DNA of 64,000 nt from Dicyema japonicum (GCA_011109175.1 RDEW01000018.1:803304-867303); one strand, 5' to 3'. Counted from the stretch's first letter, positions 49,101 to 62,084 are shown. Notes: a model not told the origin generated them from the letters alone. Numbers and translations are program-made.

Positions 49101-49629
49101 CCACAGCCTTATTGATGCAGGTTAACACTCCACCGTTAACCTTACAATGAGGAATCTTGCGGGTAAATCTACGGTCCTCAAGTGGGACATCTGCCGCTGC
49201 AGCGAGATTCCGCGCAAAGACCTCATAAACATGCTTGAGCTGCAACGTATCACAGCTCTGGTGCTCGTGCTCTCTTTGACAGTTGTGGTCACCTGGTCCC
49301 CGCCCCTTTAGACCAGTACCCTCTTTGCCTACAGCCATCTTCTTGAGTTCACTCACAGATATAGCAGTACTGAATCTGCCACTGCAGAGCTCCGCCAAGT
49401 ATGGCCATCCATTCCAGGGCATTCGAGATAGCCTGCTACGTACCTGCAGGACTACCTGCCTCGCCCATTCTTTTGGGTCATCTGCCACAACGCTCTCGGA
49501 TATGGCAAGAATTACATTCATACCATCAGGTAACGCAAGTGACCCTTCTCCTTTTTTCCTTTCAACATTTTTGCCAACTCGAGAGAGTTTTAACGCCACC
49601 GAATCGAACGCACGTTGCATGTTATTTAT
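46164..49629 (-). mobile_element. R4/Dong-like RLE non-LTR retrotransposon, near intact (single -1 frameshift just after FIDD), GC-rich
   Basis: 20-bp TSD tacaaatataataatatata at 46144-46163 and 49630-49649; 612-aa and 521-aa ORFs join at about 47782; YRPITC, DVKKAYDSV, GILQGDSMSPLLF, FIDD, YKYLG, ERLYLPR, CPHC...H...C, RHNEV, KPDIV, IIEVG, KKRKYD. Confidence 0.92.
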
Positions 49630-49869
49630 TACAAATATAATAATATATACTTTTCATGTATTTTTTCACAATCTTCTGATAGTTTAAATAAATTTATTAT
49701 TCCCTATTATAATTATTAGTGTCATACATTATCACTCATTATTATTTGTCACTTAGTTATTAATTTATATTAAACAAATATATTAGTTTTAAGTCTATAA
49801 TTTTATCAAATAAAAAAGATTATAATTTTGCCTTAAATTAATTAATTTTGCATGTGAATAAAAATTCTT

Positions 49870-50130
49870 CCGATTAGGGATTATTTCATAGATTAATTTA
49901 TTGATAAATGTAAAACATCGGACCATTCGTCCCACTGCCTTTTGCTTTTCACAAACAAAAGGAGAATCATATTTACGGTGATAAAGTTCGCATTCTTTAA
50001 ACCATTCCAGACATTGATCCCAGTCAGTCGCACCTTAAAACGATTCACCACTGGGTTTCTATTAATATAATCAAAACCCCTGCTACTAACAAGCTTCTGG
50101 AATCTCTTTCCCTCCACATTGAAGGAAACA
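49870..50130 (-). mobile_element. CR1/L2-like LINE C-terminal remnant
   Basis: FKVRLTGINVWNGL resembles the CR1/L2 terminal G.K.WN.L motif. Confidence 0.35.
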
Positions 50131-50384
50131 AAACTTCACTACCACCGGAAATTTGTGCCCTCTTGGTACACCTTTGGTCCTGTCACTATATGGCTATTTA
50201 AATAAAATCGACTTTGCTGTTTTGTTCATTTTGTCTTCTAGATTAATAGAAGTGTCACATTTTCTCTTTTCCGTTTTCAGGTTCTGCGCCACCACATCCT
50301 CTCAGGATCGTTGGCACATGGTTGTGACTTTCTTGTTAGTCACCTGTTTTCACTTGAAGGTACCGGGGTGAATAAATATTAAAT

Positions 50385-50650
50385 AAAAGAAACAAATCAA
50401 ACACTAACTGCCAAATGAGAGTAGGCATTAATGTGAAAGATGGCAATTCCAAGACGTTCACTGAACCAACGCCGCTTCCGAGGATCAACAGACCTGGATG
50501 AGATCGAACTATTTTCGGTGAACCTCTCTGATGACAAGCCAGACCACAGTCGAAGTCTTAAATGCAATTGGGACAAAATGGAAAAGGTCGCCAAGTGAAG
50601 AAAATTTCTCCATCCGGCAAAGTCAGAAGTAGTGCAGTCCGACCACAATT
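50385..50650 (-). mobile_element. CRE 3'-end fragment
   Basis: DPRKRRWFSERLGIAIFHINA. Confidence 0.55.
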
Positions 50651-50759
50651 ATAAAACAATTTAATTCCCACTGCCCATAACCAAAGAGACCTTCTAATAT
50701 TATACACAAGTAAATTCAGAGCCAAGAAAAAGATAAGAAAATATCCAGCCCAGCAGTTG

Positions 50760-52399
50760 CGTGGACAACTCAAATGAGTGGGAGATATAAAAAAAGATGC
50801 CATCTGATGGACCTGGAGTCCTTGACAGCCCTCAGACATCTGAATAAAAGGATCAGTCAGAGTATAAAAGAACACAAGGACAAGAGATGGCTAGTTAACC
50901 ACCTCGACAGGAAAAGTACATCCCGACATTTACAAGTCAAGTCGGAGCTGGATGATGCAGACGGAACCGGAAAGTCTTTTCCTGAACACTTATGCCACCT
51001 ACATCCTAACACCCTTATGAAACATTACGCTGGAATTAGCTTCAAACCATTCTCGAAACACCTGGACATTAAGGTGCGTGCCCATAAACCGAAGAAGAAA
51101 CCTTACCACGAACTATTCTCAGATGACCAAGTCTTGGATGTGATCACCAGATTAAAGAGCTCACGGGCGTGCGGGCCTGACAAAGTATCTTCTATTCACC
51201 TAAAACATCTAAGCCACTACGCAATTTGCAACCTCACGCATATATACAACCTGTCCATCAACTATAATATTACTCCCAAGATTTGGAAGAATTCTATCAT
51301 CAGACCGATATTGAAGGATGGGAAACCAGAGACAGAACCTACCTCCTACAGGCCTATTTCCGTTACCATCACACTGTCAAAAATTATGGAGAAACTTGTA
51401 CTATCAGTCATTATTCCGTATCTTCCACGTCCTATATTTCAACATGGTTTCCTCCGCGGTAGGTCCACCGCTACATACTTGGCAACCCTATCGCAGTCCA
51501 TTGCCGACGGTTTTAACACCCATCCCCCGCCTCACAAACGCACAATCTTGGTTTCTATTGACATCAACAAAGCCATTGACACTGTTTCGAGGAAAATCCT
51601 GGTTGGAAAAATATTTTCTACTAATATTCGTCCGAATGTGAAATTATGACTGGCCAACTTTTTGTCTGGAAGACGTGGAAGAGTATTCAGTGGTGATCTC
51701 AGATCTAGATCACGATTACTACCGAACGGGGTACCCCAGGGGTCTCCACTTTCACCAATTCTATTCAACCTATTCCTACACGACCTACCTAATGATGGAG
51801 ACGAAGATTCCCTGCTATCATCCTACGCAGACGATGTAGTCATTGCAATACGAAACCGCTCGACGCAAATCGCATCCCTTAAAACTCAGACAAAATTGAA
51901 CACTCTCCACGATTAGAGGACCACGAGGAACATGGACTTTTCCGTTTCTACCCTCTACCAACAAACAATCGCGCCTGCCGTTGAGTATGCCTCCGTTGCA
52001 TGGAGATTCGCGCTATCGGAGTCTATGGTCCAAAGAATCAACTCGATACACCGGAAAACAATCAGTACGCTAATGGATCAACAGTCGACCCACTACTCAT
52101 GGAAGCTAAGATCCGTAGTCGTGGCTCCGGATTTCTTCGCGTCTGTGAGGAAGATGGTAATTCGCTTCGCCTGATCCTTTCCACGGCAAGAGAAAACCGA
52201 TTGGATAAGAAATTCCCCTCCCCGATCGGATTCCTTTGCAAGATCGAGAGAAGGCTCTTCCGGAAAGTAGTGGGGACGATGGAAGATCACAGACGCCGAA
52301 TGGCACAATTGATTGCCGAGGACTGGGATCACCTAACTGTTTAACTCTTTTGTCTTTCTTTCTCGGTTTCCCGGGGTTATTAAAATAAAATAAATAAAT
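50760..52399 (+). mobile_element. Family A LINE, 5'-truncated and internally deleted
   Basis: SRACGPD, SYRPIS, QHGFLRGRST, DINKAIDTV, GVPQGSPLSP, YADD, then a jump to the C-terminus WDHL and tail cccggggttattaaaataaaa. Confidence 0.85.
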
Positions 52400-52572
52400 G
52401 CCGCGTGGCGCCATGTAGTGCTTTGTGGCTAATTGGTTGAAGTTTCAGTTTTGTTCGTCTGTTCCCCTTCTTTCTTCCTATTAGAGTGGCGTCATGTGAT
52501 CCACAATTCTAGGTGGCACCCAGTGCTAGGCCGGCACGGAAAAGGATCACTCCCCCACTCCACTGGGGCTTT
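52400..52572 (+). mobile_element. SINE2 5' part (head plus ribozyme fold), 3'-truncated
   Basis: Colinear with 7195-7370. Confidence 0.75.
52488..52550 (+). ncRNA. Candidate HDV-like ribozyme (best-folding copy)
   Basis: P1a ggcgt, J1/2 cat, P2a gtgatc, P3a cac, L3, P3b gtg, P1b gcacc, cag, P4 tgct/ggca, C52537-GGAAAA, P2b gatcac; helix order matches HDV. Confidence 0.6.
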
Positions 52573-52641
52573 GTTGATGTCATTCTCAGACGATAAAGAA
52601 ATCGTCATATGAGAATGAATTAAACTGACTAAATTAAAGAC

Positions 52642-53503
52642 ATGTGTGATAAGTGGATTAGCAAAGTGTAAATAATAATAATTGTAGGAAAGGGATACAT
52701 TAACAAATTATTTGATTCCTCATTGTAAAGAGAATGATGAAATAAACTCAATGGTAGTGAACCGAATATTGGATATGAAACTAAATATGTCATCAATACT
52801 AGAATAATTAGACCAAGAATATATAAATAATTATTTATTAGAAACATTTTCATTATTGTGATCATGTCCAATTGGACAAATAAAGTTAGGAGTGTCATAA
52901 TAGATGGAGTAATATATAATATAGTTAATAAAACAAAATGAGGAATTACAGGAAACTATGAAAATACTGAGTAATATTGTAGATGGAATAAACATTAATA
53001 ATTATACTTTGTGTGATTTAATAGTTGAAAAGTATTATTATAATAAAGTATTCAAGAACATTTACAGCAAGTAAAACAATTAAATTGGATAATATCAAAT
53101 TATAAGAATTACAGGAATGTTGTATACTTTTGGGTATTTATAATATTAATAGATGAATATCCCTTTAAACCCTTTTTACTATCATTTGAGGAATCATTGA
53201 AAAGTGATTAAGAGAGTTTATTATATAATGTTATATTTTTATTATATTTAGGAATTTGAGGCTGTTAATTATAGATTGGATGATTTACTCTAATGGATAA
53301 TACTTGCTTAGATCTTAATTACATTACCCATATTATAACATTGTGATGATCTAATTACTCAATTTACACAATATGTCTATACTATTATGGATCCACTATC
53401 ATTATTGGAATCTCATAAGCATATTATTGCCTTTTTAGGGTCTTTTGAGGGATCATCGATATCAAATGATTTATCATATACTTTCGGAAATATTAGACAA
53501 TGA
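52642..53503 (+). pseudogene. Unknown intron-containing gene or pseudogene; opens only with six in-frame TAA/TAG codons or with several indel corrections
   Basis: Six GT-AG AT-rich micro-introns (22, 23, 16 or 31, 25, 19, 22 nt) keep one frame to TGA 53501; no homologue recognised. Confidence 0.35.
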
Positions 53504-53689
53504 TACTATTTCATATGCTGGAGGTTGTCTATTTGTGTCATCAATTTCATTCATTTATTGAGGATTTGTACTTTTATTATTTAGATTAAAACATAAAATT
53601 GATTTTCTACACACAGTCACACAATACTCAACATATTATTTATTGTTTAAAGACATATTCACTTTTTCTGTAGATAAAGTCAAAATTTC

Positions 53690-54100
53690 GAGTCATGTCG
53701 TCCCCAAGCACCTCAATGCATTTTTTGTACTTTTGACATAAGGCACCTAGCACATATGTGCACAGATTACATCTGCAATCGATCTTCCTTTCCACTTTGT
53801 CCAGATATAAAAAACTGTTAACTTTGTTTTTTATTCAGTACAGTATAATAAGGGATAATTCTTTCCGTAATTTCGTTAATAGAATAATAGGTTTTAGATA
53901 TGGAGGTCCTTTTGGTTTTCCTGGCTTCTGTATGGGGATTAACCACTCGCTGCCAATATCTAGTTCAGTGGTTCTCAACTCACCCAAATTGGGCGTTGGA
54001 AATTTTACTTTTGGGCGGTGGGATTTGTAAATATTGATTTTTTTTATTTTTGATAGAAATAACGAAAGTATTAATAGAAAGAATAAGAAGACAACCATAA
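53690..54100 (-). mobile_element. RTE-clade RT fragment
   Basis: LIPIQKPGKPKGPPYLKPIILL..LRK and IEVLG.DMTRNFD. Confidence 0.6.
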
Positions 54101-54896
54101 ATTATTAAGAAGTGTGAAATAAATTTCTTCGTGATGAATTCAGCCCGTAATTACTAAATTATATTCTTATCATTTGGGTTTATTCCAAGTCCCATTGATG
54201 ATACAAAGTCGCATTGCCTAATATGCATTATTAATTTGTCAAATGAAGCAATGAAACATTAAAACTATTGTTGCATTGTGAAGCAAGCATTTTTCTAAAC
54301 TTGACAAACCTTTCGAATATTTTGAAAAACAAACTGAGTACAATTTCAACACTCCTACAATCAAACAAAATTATGGTCTCGACTTATCGGAATCATGATC
54401 GTAAATTATGAAAAAAAATTCACTCAGCCGTCGAAGAATCGACAAAATGGGAATAAATATTGATTTGGGTTTTTAAAAACTTAACGAGGTTTCTATAAAT
54501 TAAGATTACTTTTAGGTATCTTTGTATCGTAGATGCGTGGAACCTTCAACTGAAATGTACAGTCATTAGACCTTTTGTGGCATTCGTCACGTTGGCTTTG
54601 GAAACTGTTATTCACATAATAGATGCTCAAAGAATGATAAAATATTTTATGGGAAAAATCTACCTACCCGATTTTATTTTAATTTTAAAACAAAAAAGAG
54701 TTAGTTAAAACAAATTCCATAATAGGTGGTAGTGGACTCAAGTCCATAGTGTCGACATATGTTATCTATGGTGATAATATAAAAATTTCAGCCATTATGC
54801 TGCTTTCCACGATCTCTTTTCTGATATGGTGACTCCAAAAATCCTGTGCAAGCTGGTGATTTTTGTGATTGAATTTCATTTCTCTTATATTGAAGC

Positions 54897-55213
54897 GGGT
54901 GGAATAGTGGTTAGGTGTCGGGCTAAAGTGACTTAGGTTACGGGTTCGATTCTCGCTGCTGTTCACCTGGTGGAAGGTTCCACGCATATACGATGCTAAA
55001 AAGGTTTGACGAGTGACGTCGTCATCAGTGAATACTCACTGCGGAACTGGATTGTCTAGAAAGGACACACACACAAGAAAAAGAAAAAAAGAAGTGAAGA
55101 TCATTCCTTGGATCTACGATTAGTTAAAATTAACTGTTCTTTACTTAAATAAAGTGTGTGTCCTGCCTATGCGTAGCTATAAATACTATGGCTCTCGTGA
55201 AAAGGCTTTATTA
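54897..55213 (+). mobile_element. SINE1, best-preserved copy
   Basis: 12-bp TSD ttatattgaagc at 54885-54896 and 55214-55225; A-box-like tggaatagtgg and B-box ggttcgattc; nearly identical to 25672-25989. Confidence 0.85.
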
Positions 55214-55550
55214 TTATATTGAAGCTTCCAAGTGAAAATGTGGAAGACGTTGTGATTCGCGAAAAAGAAATATCTGTAACTGATAGGCACGTCACTACTT
55301 CATCCAAAAAAATCCCACAAAAAATATCATAACTCTGCATTGTTTTTTCCCACAATCCTACCCTTCATGAAGCCGTCTGAAATCCTGCATAACCCCTTGT
55401 ACTTACAGCACTAAGAACACTTAAAAATTGTTTTCAGACAGATGCAAGCTGAAACCTCGATGAATCTGTGCCCAAAATTGAATTTTCCTAATATGGATTG
55501 GTGAGGATTCGTAAATGTAATTGGTATTAAAGAATGTAATTTTTATTGAA

Positions 55551-56592
55551 TTAAAATGTAATAACAGGAGAAATGGCAACAGATGAAATGACATTATTAT
55601 TAAATAATATATTATGAGAATATAAATCATTAATAATATTTGATGGTAAATAAGTCCAAAGCAGTTGATTGTTTTGATTGCACATAATTGTGTTATATAT
55701 AAAAGTGTATTAGAATTAGAGACAATACCATAACACCTAGAAATAGATAAAACCTCCAAAGTATTATTTAAGTTTTGACATAAGAAAGGTATAACTTTGT
55801 GTGATAGAGAATAAGAGTCATCAATATCAAGTCTTTGTAAATTATGACAACGAGTAATAATTGTAAATAATTCTAATATTAAAATAAATAAAACGATTGT
55901 CGGATAAACAGGTTCTACTCCCACTAAGATTAAGAAATATAACAGAATGTGGTATTAATTGAGACAAAGTTTGGAATCCGTGACAATCAATCATTGTCCA
56001 TGATAAACTTAATGAAATTAGACTAAAATTATTATTATATTACTTTTTTAGATAACATATTGATGTAATCCCCTTTGATGTTAGTCCTTTCACTGATGAT
56101 AAATCAATTGCTTTAAGATTTGGATTTAAACTTAAATATTCACATATTGAATCAGAAATAATATTCCTACAAAGACAAACTTCAATAAGTTGGTGACATT
56201 TACTCAATAAATTATCAAGATTACTTTCAGACATACAAATACAACTAACATTAAGATATACAAGTTGACAGTCATCAAATATATCATCTAATCATTAAGT
56301 AAAACAACAACCACACACTTTAGCTGATGTTAAATCTAATATTTTATTCCTCTATTAATTAATGTACTCAAACTAGATCCACCAAAATAACATTTACTAC
56401 CATTTACTCTTACCCACAATGATGAATTACATCTAATTTTATTACAAAACAAACGAAGCTCTTCTCCAACTACGGCTTACTAGACTACAACACAATAATG
56501 ATTTTATTGGTAGATATTTAAAAATACATGTGATAATATCTGATGGCAACATTTCCAACGGATCTATTATTATTCATATTATAACCACACAT
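55551..56592 (-). CDS. SKP2: F-box/LRR protein, S-phase kinase-associated protein 2-like; at least two 1-nt frameshifts as assembled
   Basis: F-box LPSDIITCIFKYLPIKSLLCCSLVSRSWRR; LRRs LLSKCHQL, LNLSGSR, CHNLQRLDIDDS, LEVLSISRCY; ends near VISSVAISP, similar to the SKP2 IARP region. Confidence 0.75.
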
Positions 56593-56839
56593 TAGTCTTA
56601 TTTTAATTAATTATTTTTAAATTTATAATTAATATAATTTAATAATATCAGTTTCTTCTCTACAACTCACCTTACCTGTCTATCAAATTCATTTGAAATT
56701 CAAATCAGGACATCCAAAGTCCGTTTTATGTTTGATTTAAATACAAAAGGCTTTTGACTCAATCATGAGAAAGTTATTGACAAGAAATATCTACGCATCA
56801 GATATCACAAGCAAACCCAAAAAATGAATTGCTCACTTT

Positions 56840-57130
56840 CTCAGAGGCAAAAGTCCACAGCTCAAACATGGCAAAAAAGCCATGGTCCACAAAGTCGTAA
56901 ACCCATTGCCATAATCTGGAGTTTAATCTCATAAGGGCCTATCCGGTTCGGTGTTCTCCACAAATCTAACGCTTCGTTAGTCTGAAAGTCCACTTTTGCA
57001 TATCCTCGATCTTCCTCATATTTGTCCAAGATATGGATGGTCCCTACGAGGGGCATGCATATGAGAAACATGGCTCGATGTACTGTTTGTACACGTTCAT
57101 CAGGACCGGGTGAGTACCACGCATCCATAT
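56840..57130 (-). mobile_element. Possible LINE ORF1 (gag-like) remnant
   Basis: RGYAKVDFQT..A...P.RIG and a degenerate LCG..CH knuckle; weak. Confidence 0.3.
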
Positions 57131-57461
57131 TCTCGATAAACTTTTAATACGTTCAATGTATATTCGCATTTCCATGTCGATAATTATGCAATTGAGTGAT
57201 TACAATGTCGATTTGGTATTTATAATATTATTAACAACCAAGGATCATAGTGTTGCTAAAGACATATGATCAATGTTTCTCTGAATTCGATGGATCTTAA
57301 GTAAAGATGATAATTTTCTTTGTTTAGAACTTGGCTTTGATATCTTCGACTCTGAGAAAAAGGAATACAAGATTCTCACAGTAAGCAATTTTAATTTTTT
57401 AGAATTAACGATTTATTATTTAACAAAAGAGATAAGGAGTTTTCTGGAGGGTATTACACCT

Positions 57462-58675
57462 GGAGTGCGGAAAAAAAGTCAAGTGGAAAAAAGGTCAAGC
57501 GGAAAAAAAGTCAAGTCCGTAAGCGGAAAAAAGTCAAGCGGAAAAAAAGTCAAGTTGTCTTTTTTAGTTTATATCGCATTTTTGTGATACTACTAGCATT
57601 TTAATTTTTTAAAATTTTTTTACTTGATTTTTTTCCGCTTGACTTTTTTTCATTTTTGAAATTTTTCCCTTATAAATTTTCGAAATTTAGCGCAAAACGG
57701 AAAAAAAGTCAAGTCCGTTAACGAAATTACGGACTTGACTTTTTTTCCGCTTTGGTATAATCGCTTTGACTAAATCAATTTAAGAATTTCAAGGTAATAA
57801 TAAAAAATTTTTTTTTATTATAAAATGAATAAAAATTAAATTAAGGCATCTGAATGGCCATGCTATTTCCTAACAATAGCCAACGAGATACGTTCTTCGG
57901 AACCAACTAGTCTCTTGGATCCTTGGTCACAGCTTGAATTGGAGCCGATCTTACGAACAACTCATCTGCTTGGGGGCAAGGTTCCTAATTAATAAAATTG
58001 ACTTAATTTTTTCGCTTGGTTTTTAATCTTTTTGACCTTGACTTTTTTCGCTTTGTGTTTAATCTTTTGACTTAATCAATATACGGATTTTAAGTTGAAT
58101 TTCCCAAAGAAGAATTTCTCAATCACGAATTTGACGAAAGTCAAATAAAAAGATGAAAATTGTGCATTGAAGCAAAATTATTGCTAAAACGAGTCAAGAA
58201 ATCCCTTACAAATCTATTCAAAAGTTGTGTCTCAATGTGAAACAGCAACCAGAATTATCTCCCTTCTGCAGATCTTTTTAAGCGAACACTAAGGAATCAA
58301 CGCTTTGTCTCTACATATTCCAAAAAATATTTTCGATCTCGGAGATATTCCATCGTTTTATCTTAACTCTTGGTCCAGATTCAGAAAATTGGTTTAGTCA
58401 AAGCGATTATACCAAAGCGGAAAAAAAGTCAAGTCCGTGATTTCGTTAGCGCGACTTGACTTTTTTCCGTTTTGCGCTAAATTTCAAAATTTATAAGGGA
58501 AAAATTTTCAAAAATGGAAAAAAAGTCAGTATTGAAAAATTTTTAAAATTAAAAGATGCTAGTAGTATCACAAAATGCGATATAAACTAAAAAAAGACAA
58601 CTGACTTTTTTTCCGCTTACGGATTGACTTTTTTTCCGCTTGACCTTTTTTCCACTTGACTTTTTTCCTACAACC
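57462..58675. mobile_element. Non-autonomous Mutator (MULE/Phantom-like) foldback element
   Basis: 9-bp TSD attacacct at 57453-57461 and 58676-58684; about 300-bp TIRs built of GCGGAAAAAAAGTCAA repeats; internal remnant PSADLFKRTLRNQR...IPKNIFDLGDIP. Confidence 0.85.
57808..57985 (-). mobile_element. 5'-truncated CRE 3' end nested in the MULE
   Basis: Near-identical reverse complement of 37900-38090, including the 3' UTR and A-rich tail. Confidence 0.8.
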
Positions 58676-58685
58676 ATTACACCTG

Positions 58686-61600
58686 AGTCTACTATAGGCT
58701 TGGACTCCACACCTGGACTTCCTCCTTTTTTTATTAATTTTTTTCAGGACGTTTCTCCCAGCTTTATATACGTGTCCTGGATCTTTGATCTCCTCCTGAA
58801 ACTATTTATCCGATCCTCCACAATCCTGCTAATCGGTTCTAAGAGCTTGTTTTCGTCTTCGCTTAGACAGCCTTTCAGTTTCTTGTTTAATGAGAGCTAA
58901 ATTGCAGCTCTCCTAGTCTTCTCTAAGAGGGATAAGATCTTCTTCCTCTTCGGAGAGAAGAACCACCCCTCGCACCCATAAAGTAGGTTAGGAAAAATAA
59001 CTCCCTTGAAGATGAACAGGTCGGTGTCGCGGCTAACGTGTAACTACCGTGTATGTAGGAGCGACTGAAAGGCTCTATTTATCCTCCCCTTTATGTCGTC
59101 CATTTAATTGCCTGCGTGTCCATAGTCGACCCCCAGGTAGTGCAGACTGTGTGCATTGTTTACTCCCAGTGTGTATTCTTGTTTCAGGTGATTTTTCACA
59201 TTGCTTATTCTGAGTGCGCAAGATTTTTCAGCAGAGAGCTTTAGCCCTCTCAAGTTGCACCAATGCTCAATCTGGTCAACATACTCCCGGATTCTTCTTT
59301 TAGATATAGAAGATTTTAAAGATGTGTCCACCATGATTACGTCATCCGAATAAAAAGAAGACTAGTATTAATATTCCCCGGACGTGGAGAACTCGCCATG
59401 AATATATTAAACAAAATAGGTCTCAATACCGAACCTTTTGGTACTCCCCTCTTGAATGATATTGCATCGGATATATTTTCCACACACTTTCACAAAAGAT
59501 TGTCTTTCCTGAAGATAATTTCTTAGCCAAACAAATAGGTATCTTGGAACACATGCTGATACAAGCTGCTTTAACAACGCTTCATGCATACACTGTCGAA
59601 TGCTTTCGAGATGTCAAGACATAATAAGTTTATTTGCCTTTGGAATCCTTTGCTTTCATGATTTCAAAATTCAGTAGAAAGAAACAGTCTACACAGCCTC
59701 TTCCGGGACGAAAACCCCACTTCTCTGAAATCAGAAAGTCATTCTCTTTTATATGTCTGCTTAGCCTCTTGAAAATGATACGTTCAATCAATTTCGCGCA
59801 AGAACATATTAAGCTAATTGGTCTGTAGCTTGCCGGATCTCTCTTTGGCTTCCCTGGTTTTGGAATCATCCTCACAACAGCTTTCTTCGATATTAAAGGG
59901 AGGTGGCCAAGTCGTAAACACCCATCATAAAGACATCGCAGATAGTCAAATAAAATATCCGGACCTTCTTTGATAAATTTCATTGATATGTGGTCATATT
60001 TTGGAGCATTGACCTTGCATTCGCTGATAGCTGTCGTCATTTCAAGACGCTAACAGTGCTATCAACAATAGGCAGTTCCTCGTCGGAGTGTTTAAGTATA
60101 TCGGCAGACACCTTTTTTTTGTACACGGATCGACACCCTGAATTTTTTGGAGCTGATCTCTGAATATCGAAGGTGAATCCTCCGTTATGCACACTCTTCC
60201 GTCTGGTTTATTCAATATAATTTTTTTATGCTCCGACTTCGGACACATTATCTTCTGATGGCATTTCCAAAAAGAGGGATTCTTCATATCAATTTTCGCA
60301 GCCTCAGCCTTCCATATACGGTCAGTCTCTTCCTTCGATATACTGCTGATTGCTTCCTTCATCATCCTGATTCTGGCTAATATGAATTCCCCGTCTATTT
60401 TGTCTACACAACGCCTTTGCTTTGCCCTTAGGCGATTCCTCTCACGAATAAACCTCATAATAATTGACGACACAAAATAATGATTATTTTTTTAGAAAAC
60501 TTCGTGCATATAGGTGAAGATATGATGAGATTTGTTAGTTCTTGACTTGCAGTATTGATATCTTCTATGGTTGAGAACTCTTTCGGTAGAACACACAAAT
60601 TATTGTATGTGAAGACCCTACATTGGACCCAATCCAATTGAGATATGTTGAACCTCAAGAAAACATTTTCCATAACATCTGGCCTCATACTAATAACTAA
60701 TTCTTGTGGAATATGGCCGCTCCCGATATCCCATAGAGTTTTTGGCTTTCCACATACACAGATAGAACTGGCGATACTAGGAATACGCCGAGTTTGTCGC
60801 CATTATGATAAGAAAAATGATTTGGGTCATTCGACGTAAGGATCACAAAGCCACATGAATCAGACAATAATTCTAAACTTTGTGTCCATCCTGATTTGTC
60901 TTGCTACAACCATAACAGTGTTCTTCGAATTAAGATAGTGTAGTGATTCTTGTTGTAGAACTCAGTGATATCTGTAGAATAAGTCTCATTATGCTTTTCC
61001 CTAAGGATCAGGCATTCACTAGCACTACTTTTAGTCCTTGCTTCAAACATCTGGGTTACCTTGCTTCTTCAATGCCAAGGTCACCGTTTCCATTAAATCC
61101 ACATGTGCAATCGAGCACAGATAGTTTAGCCGTGACATAATCTCCAATATTTTAGTGTATATCTTATCTGATAGATTGGGTGGGACATCGTTCGGTTTTC
61201 GACGAATTTTAGTTGCCGACTTTGACGTAACTGTCTTTGCTGTCCAAGTTCTCCCAATATCGCTTATTATTGCCTGTCCATCGCTTTTAGTTGCTCTCCT
61301 CTGATCAGATTTCTTGGCGGCTGGGCATCCACCATATCTGGCACAATGTGAGGACGAGCCACAATTTATGCAATTCATTGTGTTCCAGCAGTTTCTCCAC
61401 AAGCAGTAGGGTTCCCTGCACAACGGAGACATCTTGTCTTCTCCTTACAGAAAGAGGATATGTGTCCATAGCGTTGGCATTTGAAACACCTAGGTGGGTC
61501 TCTTATGTACCATTCACATGTAATCGGCACGTGGGTAATGTTTAAACCAAGACGGACAAGTGATGTAGCCTCCTTTGTGGCTTAATCTGATAGACCCTGT

Positions 61601-62040
61601 CAAATCGAACGAGTACAGTACGTTAGAGATTTTGATGGCTCCATACTCGACGTAACAGAGATTTGTATAAAACATTCCCAGAGTATTCAAAGCAGGTTCC
61701 AGAGACAGATCCTTATTGTTTTCAATACAACTCTTCTTTAAAACCTCTCCAGAAGTAGTGTGTTTTTATTCTAGTCTTTGTAGGAGCTTTTTTAACGACA
61801 GCATCACCAACCAAGGTAAGTCGTAAATTCTGTTATTTCACAGTAGCAAACAGATAACAGATAACATGATTTATTCGCAAAACCCCAACTAACTAAGGTA
61901 AGAGCATTACTAAAGAGGAAAGTCAAGATTTGGGGTCGTGGCATGCTCTCATGAGACACCGTATGTCTCTTCTCCGTAAAAAGCCCCAATTACAATGCGA
62001 GTTTTCCACAAGCAATGTAATAAATCACCAATTTTCTCGT
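58686..62040 (-). mobile_element. Two-ORF LINE (Jockey/I-like): ORF1 with three CCHC knuckles, ORF2 APE-RT; degraded
   Basis: CFKCQRYGHISSFC, CLRC, CINCGSSSHCARYGGC; VVLVNA.SL APE start; KPGKPKRDPASYRPISL, GFRPGRG, LDISKAFDSV, YSDD. Confidence 0.8.
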
Positions 62041-62084
62041 TTTTCTTTCGTATTCGTCATCAATTTCAGATGCTAAATCCAATC

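Noticed and set aside
54897-54965. tRNA gene
   Set aside because: A/B boxes are present but there is no proper cloverleaf, and the sequence is the head of a TSD-flanked SINE; the same holds at 25672, 39899 and 44300.
55005-55040. Antisense CTGATGA followed by a stem in SINE1, resembling a hammerhead ribozyme core
   Set aside because: The stem is followed by TCAAAC rather than CGAAA, overlaps the core, and the 39899 copy lacks CTGATGA.
57470-57550. CRISPR-like or telomeric repeat array
   Set aside because: The GCGGAAAAAAAGTCAA units lack unique spacers and are mirrored at 58600-58670 as MULE TIR subrepeats.
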